Notes under the pieces: generated by a model
Seen by the model: only the letters and a program-made list of their open reading frames with translations
Databases searched by the model: none
Told to the model about the DNA's origin: nothing
Program-made: the position numbers and the translations under genes
In this document: piece by piece, positions 57,523 to 64,000 of the stretch
Layout: every line of letters begins with the position of its first letter
How positions within the stretch are numbered: the first letter of the stretch is position 1
Origin: Dimorphilus gyrociliatus
Taxonomy: Eukaryota > Animalia > Annelida
Length of the DNA: 64,000 bases
Assembly: GCA_904063045.1 (NCBI GenBank)
Contig: CAJFCJ010000001.1
Coordinates: forward strand, 2,914,001-2,978,000
Direction: 5' to 3'

Positions 57523-57596
57523 GGCTCTGTGGCTTAGTTGGTTAAAGCGCCTGTCTAGTAAACAGGAGATCGAGGGTTCGAATCCCTCCAGAGCCT
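57523..57596 (+). tRNA. tRNA-Thr(AGT)
   Basis: Same body as the 55722 copy in the opposite orientation; followed by TTTTT. Confidence 0.97.
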
Positions 57597-57773
57597 TTTT
57601 GTTTGCAAATACACAACACGTAGTTCTTGTTCCTGCAAAAATAACGCATTTAAAGATACATTTAAGAAGATGATAACTTTATTTAAAAAAGCGTATATAA
57701 CCTTCGCTGTGTAATCCTTTTTGATGATAACTCTTTATTTAGAAAATTGAAATATGCAACAAAAAGATTGGAA

Positions 57774-57801
57774 TGGTTCCACTGAGGATCGGAACCAGAA
57801 C
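57774..57801 (-). pseudogene. Truncated 3' fragment of tRNA-Val
   Basis: tggttccactgaggatcggaaccagaac matches the Val 3' end (tggttccactgaggatcgaactcaggac) and then diverges. Confidence 0.7.
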
Positions 57802-57948
57802 TGAATTACATCAGAAGTTTTTTCAAAATTGAATAAACGAATTGCTGCTAGTGATCATTATGAAAGTGTAACTGCTTTTACTATATTAAATTACTAGAAT
57901 TATTATCTTTATAATATATTTATATGATGATTAAAAAAATATATAATT

Positions 57949-58021
57949 TGGTTCCACTGAGGATCGAACTCAGGACCTCTCGCGTGTAAAGCGAGCGTGA
58001 TAACCACTACACTATGAAACC
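57949..58021 (-). tRNA. tRNA-Val(TAC)
   Basis: Anticodon arm CTCGC-TT-TAC-AC-GCGAG; the body differs from Val-AAC at only 2 positions. Confidence 0.93.
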
Positions 58022-58666
58022 ATCTGATATCGGCTTGATAACGTTTTTCTTGTAGTTTATTTCAAAGTCAAGAAATTTATAAATGAAGTTTTCAGAATGA
58101 TTGAAACAGTTTAGAAAATGTATATTAAACATTTAAATTGCATCAATAATAAATATTATTAGCTGAAATTATTTTATAGCCAAATGTAGATTATAGAAAT
58201 GGTAAACTTCAAGAGATATAACCCATTTTTTACATAATTCAAAGTTATAAAACATTGCTAATAAACGTTTTTTTTATAAAAAGTATAATACGTTATATAA
58301 TATAATAAAACTGTTAAAAACTAGTAAAAGAAAACTGTATGGAAATTAAACTAATAGCAAAAAAAATCTATTAAAAGGATAGATTAAGAGAGAGAGGGAA
58401 GAGAATCAGCTCTCTATTGACACTTATTTAACTTTCTTTCTATTGCGTTCATTGTATACTGTATATCTTTCTTATCGCGAAAGAATGGAATATTCTCTAC
58501 AGTATATACAGTATATATATAACAGAAATACTTTAGATCTAAATAAAAAGAAAACAATAAAATATACGTCACGTGTTTTCTATTACTGAAAAAAACTTCA
58601 TATAAAAGAATGTACCAGGTTTTTTTAGTTTAAAATTAGTTGAAATTTTAAAAAAGACTGTTGAAA

Positions 58667-59133
58667 ATGCTTTCTTCCAAAATAATGATTTCTCTTTATG
58701 TTATTCTTTTTGGGTTGTTTGTCAGTCAGGTATATTATTTTTACTCTTTTTCTTCATTAACTAATTGTCTTTCTTCAATATTTTTATATAGCTTTCTGTG
58801 GTCGAGAGTCAATCTGATGGTCCTAACAGTACTGCAGCTGCAGAGATGATAACTACACCGAGCTCGAATACAACTTCACCGAGCTCGAATACAACTACAG
58901 AGGGCAAAACGATTGACGATAAAGAAAACGAAACAGAAAATAACAATAGCGATGAATCTGATACTGAGAAAGACAGTGAGGAAGATGAGGGTGACAACGA
59001 TGACGATGATAAGGACGACGATGATAATGATAACGATGATGGTGACAGCGATGATAATGACTCCGATGAAGACGACGATGACGATTGCGACAAGGACAAA
59101 GATGAATCAGAGGATACAGACGAAGAAAAATAA
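58667..59133 (+). CDS. Secreted, extremely acidic Asp/Glu-rich protein (~134 aa); exons 58667-58729 and 58792-59133
   Basis: A phase-0 GT-AG intron joins the signal peptide MLSSKIMISLYVILFGLFVSQ|LSVVES to a Thr/Ser segment and a D/E tail (46 of the last 72 residues acidic, counted by hand). Confidence 0.85.
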
Positions 59134-59637
59134 TACATTTTAAACTGTGACTTATTGTAACAACATTGAATAATACAATTCAAGAATAAATGCAATTATA
59201 ATAAATAGTTAATTTCATTTTTTCATAATTTCTATATTAAAATATACAGCCTTAACAGCGTTTACTATAAACCAAACAGTTGTTTGTCGTTTTTCAATAA
59301 CAGTTAATTGTTCAAGTTGTTTTCATTTAACAAAGTTATATTTATTGAGTAATACTGATAAAAACTCCATATTTATAATTACACTATTTTCAATTGAACT
59401 ATATAGTATTAATGAAAAATTTAACACTTTGTTATATTTGCCATTTTCGTTTATTGTCAATTCACAGAAAAACTTCAGTTAGGCTGAAAGATAACTCATT
59501 GACAAGATATACTTTTCAATAAAATTCTTTAATTTATATAATGTGCAATTAAGTATCATTGTTTTTAAATTGAATCTAATATATTCTTCATTATTCTATT
59601 ATCGTTTTCATTTCGTTTTCAAGTCATTTGTAAAGCC

Positions 59638-62169
59638 CTAGCTTCTTAGTTTTTTCAAATAAATTGCTCGAAGTTTTGCCAAGTGTTTTTGCTGAACTAG
59701 TCGTTCATGTGCTAGTCTTTTTTGATGAGCTAATAGTTGTACTCTGAGTTTATGTTGAAAGGCTCGTTGTTGGACTATTAACCTATGACGAACAGCTGCT
59801 TGTTGTTGGGCCAATTTTCTCTGATGGACCAGACGTTGGTGGATCAGTCTTTTTTGTTGGACCAATTGTTGGTGGATCAGTCTTTTATGTTGGACCAGAC
59901 GTTGGTGGGTCAGTAGTTTTTGGTGAACTAGACGTTGGTGGGTCAGTTGTCTTTGGTGAATCACACGCTGGTTGGCTAGTCTCCTCAGCTGAACCAGCTG
60001 CTGTGTTTTGAATTTTTGTTGAATTTGTCTTTGATGCGCCAATAATCTTTGTTGAAGTATTCGTAGTTGTGTTATTCGTCTCTGATGAACCAGCTGCTGT
60101 GCTCTGAGCCTTTGTTGAAAAGCTCGTTGTTGGGCCACCAACCTTTGATGAACTATTGCTTGTGCTCTTTTCTGTGCAATTTGTTGCATTCTGAGTTTAT
60201 GTTGAAAGGCTCGTTGTTGGGCCAACAACCTTTGACGAACTACTGCTTGTTGCTGTGCCAGTCTTCTTTGTTGTACCACACGCTGTTGGGTAAGTCTTGA
60301 GTTTTGCAATTGTTGCTGTTGTGCTAATCTTCTTTGATGAGTTAACAGCTGTATTCTAAGTCTATGTTGAAAAGCACGTTGTTGGGCCAACAACTTCTGA
60401 CGAACTGCTGCTTGTTGTTGTGCCAATCTTCTTTGTTGAATCACACGCTGGTTGACTAGTCTCTTCTGCTGAATCAGTTGTTGTGCCTTGAATTGCTGTT
60501 GAATTCGTCTTTGATGGGCCAATAGTCTTTGTTGAATTAGTCGCAGTTGTGCTATTTTTCTTTGATGAGCCAATTCCTGTGCATTGAATCTTTGTTGGAA
60601 TGCTCGTTGTTGGGCCAACAACCTTTGACGAACTGTTGCTTGTTGTTGTGCCAGTTTTCTTTGCTGATTGAAACGCTGTTGATAAAGTCTTGTGTTTTGG
60701 ATTTGTTGTTGTTGAGCTAGTTTCCTTTGCTGAGTTATCTGCTGTATTCTGAGTCTTTGTTGGAATGCTTGTTGTTGGGCCAACATCCTTTGACGAACTG
60801 CTGTTAGTTGTTGTGCCAGTTTTCTTTGTTGAGTCACACGCTGTTGGTTAAGTCTTCTCTGCTGGGCCAGTTGCTTTGTTCTAAAGTTCTGTTGAATTTG
60901 TCGTTGTTGAATCAGTAATCTTTGATAAATTTGTCGCTGTTGTTCTAATCTTTTCTGATGAGCCAATAACTGTGCTCTGAATCTCTGCTGGTATGCTCGT
61001 TGTTGGGCCAATATTCTTTGATGAGTTGCTGCTTGTCGCTGAGCAAGTGTCCTTTGCTGAACCAATCGTTGCTGTGTAAGTATTCTTTGCTGAACCATAC
61101 GTTGTTGTACTAACTTTCTTTGTTGTTCAGTCAATATTCTTTGCTGATTTAATCGTTGTTGTGCAAACCTATTTTGCAGAATTACTTGTTGCCCTTGAAG
61201 TTTTCGTTGGATAGCCTGTAGCTGAGCAACTCTCCTTTGATGAATTAATAATTGTTGTGCTAGTTTTCTTTTCTGAAGTTTCCGTTGTTGGGCAAATCTA
61301 TTTTGCTGAATTAGTCGTTGATGAGCCAATTTTCTTGATTGAACCGTTTCCTGCACTCTGAGTTTATGTTGAAACGCTCGTTGTTGGGCCAATATTCTTT
61401 CATGAACTACTGCCTGTTGCTTCGCAAGTCTCAATTGTTGTTGTAGTCGTTGCTGTGCAAGTCTTGCTTGCTGAGTTAGTCTCTGTTGTGCCAATATTTT
61501 TTGTTGTTGAGCCAGTTTTTTTTGCTGAAGCAATCTTTGCTGGGCCAGTCTGGTTTGTAAAACTACTTGTTGTTTTTGGAGTCTTTGTTGAATTGTTTGT
61601 AACTGAGTAATTCTCCTTTGATGAATTAATTGTTGTTGCGCTAGTCTTCTTCGCTGAATTTCTTGTTGTTGAACAAGTTTGTTTTGTTGAACTTCTAGTT
61701 GCTGATCCAATCTTCTTCGTTGAACCACTAGCTGTGTTCTGAGCCTTTCCTGGAATGCTCGTTGTTGAGCCAATATTCTTTGGTGAACTGCTGCTTGTTG
61801 TTGGGAAAGCCTGCTTTGCTGAAGCAAACGCTGTTGGAGAAGTGTTTTTTGCTGAGCCAATTGCTGAGCTCTGAGTTTCTGTTGAATTCTTTTTTGTTGG
61901 GCTAGTGTCCTCTGTTGAATCGATAATTGGCTCTTAACTCTTGCTTGGAGAGTTCGAAGCATGGCAAGCTTTTTTTGTTCAATTGCTTTTTTCTCTGTAA
62001 CAGAAACAAGGAAAGAAGCTATAATACGAGAGAAAAAAAAGAGTACAAAAGATGAAATTAAACCTGCAATTTGAGAAAGATCCGATGAATCGGGTTGTTT
62101 TAATGATCCATTAGATAAAACAATTTGAAATAGAGACAAAAAAATGAGGCAGCTAATAGAAAGCCTCAT
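59638..62169 (-). CDS. Secreted Gln/Arg/Leu-rich basic repeat protein (843 aa unspliced; likely 45-nt in-frame intron 62019-62063)
   Basis: Signal peptide MRLSISCLIFLSLFQIVLS; ~2.4 kb open frame; 9 copies of an LAQQRAFQ-type motif; 33-bp DNA periodicity. Confidence 0.9.
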   Translation of the reverse strand: MRLSISCLIFLSLFQIVLSNGSLKQPDSSDLSQIAGLISSFVLFFFSRIIASFLVSVTEKKAIEQKKLAMLRTLQARVKSQLSIQQRTLAQQKRIQQKLRAQQLAQQKTLLQQRLLQQSRLSQQQAAVHQRILAQQRAFQERLRTQLVVQRRRLDQQLEVQQNKLVQQQEIQRRRLAQQQLIHQRRITQLQTIQQRLQKQQVVLQTRLAQQRLLQQKKLAQQQKILAQQRLTQQARLAQQRLQQQLRLAKQQAVVHERILAQQRAFQHKLRVQETVQSRKLAHQRLIQQNRFAQQRKLQKRKLAQQLLIHQRRVAQLQAIQRKLQGQQVILQNRFAQQRLNQQRILTEQQRKLVQQRMVQQRILTQQRLVQQRTLAQRQAATHQRILAQQRAYQQRFRAQLLAHQKRLEQQRQIYQRLLIQQRQIQQNFRTKQLAQQRRLNQQRVTQQRKLAQQLTAVRQRMLAQQQAFQQRLRIQQITQQRKLAQQQQIQNTRLYQQRFNQQRKLAQQQATVRQRLLAQQRAFQQRFNAQELAHQRKIAQLRLIQQRLLAHQRRIQQQFKAQQLIQQKRLVNQRVIQQRRLAQQQAAVRQKLLAQQRAFQHRLRIQLLTHQRRLAQQQQLQNSRLTQQRVVQQRRLAQQQAVVRQRLLAQQRAFQHKLRMQQIAQKRAQAIVHQRLVAQQRAFQQRLRAQQLVHQRRITQLRILQQRLLAHQRQIQQKFKTQQLVQLRRLANQRVIHQRQLTHQRLVHQKLLTHQRLVQHKRLIHQQLVQQKRLIHQRLVHQRKLAQQQAAVRHRLIVQQRAFQHKLRVQLLAHQKRLAHERLVQQKHLAKLRAIYLKKLRS

Positions 62170-62682
62170 TTTCTATTTATTTTTCCTTTATATATTCTTT
62201 TGGTTATTACTTTAAATGAAAGAAACTTTTTGACTATGAAATTAACGAATATTCAAAGTTCTTTCACAACAGTATTAACTTTTCATATTCGTATTTATAC
62301 CATTCATTACGTGTTTTTACAAGAGTTAATTAAACAATATAACAAGTCTGTTGGCTTTCTTTCCCATGTTTTCTCTTTTATAAAACTATATTTCTAGGTA
62401 GATATTCATAAATTATAGGTTTTTTTTCATTCAGACTACTTTATTCTTTTATCTACCAATAAAATAATTTCAGTTTTATTTTTACGACAAATAAAACTAC
62501 AGAATGTTGAATGGAAAAGAAAAAATGGTAATTGGTCTCATTTCTAGATTACTATTCAAGATAGAATTATATATTATACATCATTTCTTGCAGTCTAGTA
62601 GTATAGCAATACAATTCTGGACTATGTGAGTTTATTTGGAGAAATAAATAAATAGAAATTTCAATTTTTAAAAAGTATTATT

Positions 62683-62755
62683 CGCCCAATGTGGGGCTCG
62701 AACCCACGACCCTGAGATTAAGAGTCTCATGCTCTACCGACTGAGCTAACCGGGC
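62683..62755 (-). tRNA. tRNA-Lys(CTT)
   Basis: Same tRNA body as the other Lys copies. Confidence 0.98.
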
Positions 62756-62957
62756 TTACATAAGATAAAAAAACCCTCCTATTATTTCATACACATTCAT
62801 TCATCTCTTCTTGCTACTTGCTTTCACTTTGAAGTAATTGTAAAAAATTCTTTATTTAGACATTAGACATTCTTTTATCTGATCAGGGAATCAATATTTC
62901 AATACTTTCTTCATTAATCCTGGATTGATTAAGTTATTGTTGGTTAATCCTTATATA

Positions 62958-63030
62958 GGTTCCATAGTGTAGTGGTTATCACGCTCGCTTAACACGCGAG
63001 AGGTCCTGAGTTCGATCCTCAGTGGAACCA
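62958..63030 (+). tRNA. tRNA-Val(AAC)
   Basis: Same body as the 56131 copy; T-run terminator. Confidence 0.97.
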
Positions 63031-63639
63031 TTCAATTTTTTTACTATTTTCAACAATAAATTTATATATACTGTATACTATATACATTATTCAATGAATA
63101 GATTATAACGTTTATACGCGTTCATATACATTCTAAAGCGTTTCTTTCATATTAATTAAAAATATGAATAATTTCAATTAGATAAAATGTATTGAATCAT
63201 ATTTGACAAACTAACAAAACAAACAAATTCGTTAAATTTTCAAGAATTTCGTCTATTCCTTATAAAATTTTGAATAATTTTACCAAATAAATTAATTAAA
63301 TATCTTGATTGTTTTGGTGTTAAAATATCAAAAGTACCAAAAACTTTAATTTGAATATTTTGGTTTGAATTGACAATTTTTTTTTCAACAAATATTTGTT
63401 TAGTATTGAAATTTTTAAGATAAATATAATTTTCATCAAATTCAATTAATAACTTAATTAATGATTTAGCTATTTTATAAATAATTATAATTTTAAGGTT
63501 AATCTTAGAAATTGAATCGAAAGGATATAAAGTTGAATTTGAATATTGACAACCAATAAATCCAATTCTATTGGCTAAATAGAGTATTTCGCAATCTGAT
63601 GATATAAAAGTAATTAATAAGTATATATACAATTATATG

Positions 63640-64000
63640 TTATTTTATACTTCTTTCGGCAATTTTAATCCTTTTACTTTTCAATAATCTTTTAATTGTT
63701 TTTAAAAAGTCAGAACAAAAGTGTGAACAGTAGATTATTGGATTTAAAGAGCAGTTTAAGGGTACTACAAAACCAATTATATATGCGTAACTAGCCGACG
63801 TTAAAGGTGATATTGACAAAGCCGCAAGAGTACCTTTACACATGGAGGAAAGATGATAATCTCTATTTATAAGTTTGTTGGAAAATTCTGTAACTAACTA
63901 AGAAAGAAAATTGGTAATGAAGCTAAAATGTTTGTCCAGACAACTGGTAGAACTTTCTTTAATAGTTGCATATTTTCTTTGTGAACAGTCTCTTTTGATT
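63640..64000 (-). CDS. 3' end (TM6-TM7, tail) of a class A GPCR, LGR/RXFP/GRL101-like; runs off the window edge
   Basis: KENMQLLKKVLPVVWTNILASLPIFFL|STLAAL..YAYIIGFVVPLNCSLNPIIY, with a phase-1 intron between TM6 and TM7. Confidence 0.8.

Noticed and set aside
58809-59195. Poly-Ser antisense ORF (128 aa), and the Met/Thr-rich alternative frame 58913-59143
   Set aside because: These are shadows of the GAT/GAC-rich acidic gene; the sense frame has the signal peptide and splice support.
55722-63030. Repeated ~73-bp units interpreted as a CRISPR array or SINE
   Set aside because: They are intact Pol III tRNA cloverleaves with T-run terminators, with no spacer periodicity and no SINE tail.

Overview
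AT-rich, gene-dense eukaryotic (animal) genomic DNA with many ~45-80 bp introns. The compact architecture and lophotrochozoan-type neuropeptides suggest a miniaturised invertebrate genome; an annelid such as Dimorphilus is my guess only. I assembled spliced models for TADA3, TBRG1, calpain-7, an ankyrin/SOCS-box protein, ECI2, RMDN1-like, dynein light chain roadblock, a cytosolic GH1 beta-glucosidase, a two-domain GGACT, ethanolamine kinase, TMEM168, UNC93-like, a LIV-1 ZIP transporter, three F-box/LRR genes, two prepropeptides, several orphan microproteins and a partial LGR/RXFP-like GPCR. There is a 10-gene tRNA cluster (4 Lys-CTT, 3 Val-AAC, 1 Val-TAC, 2 Thr-AGT, plus a fragment) with inverted, mosaic duplications. 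The most striking element is an island inside that cluster encoding two convergent secreted low-complexity proteins: a ~134-aa polyanion and an ~830-aa Gln/Arg-rich polycation with 11-residue periodicity. This is a candidate coacervate glue or cocoon material system (inference). All models are from manual reading; no database searches were run.
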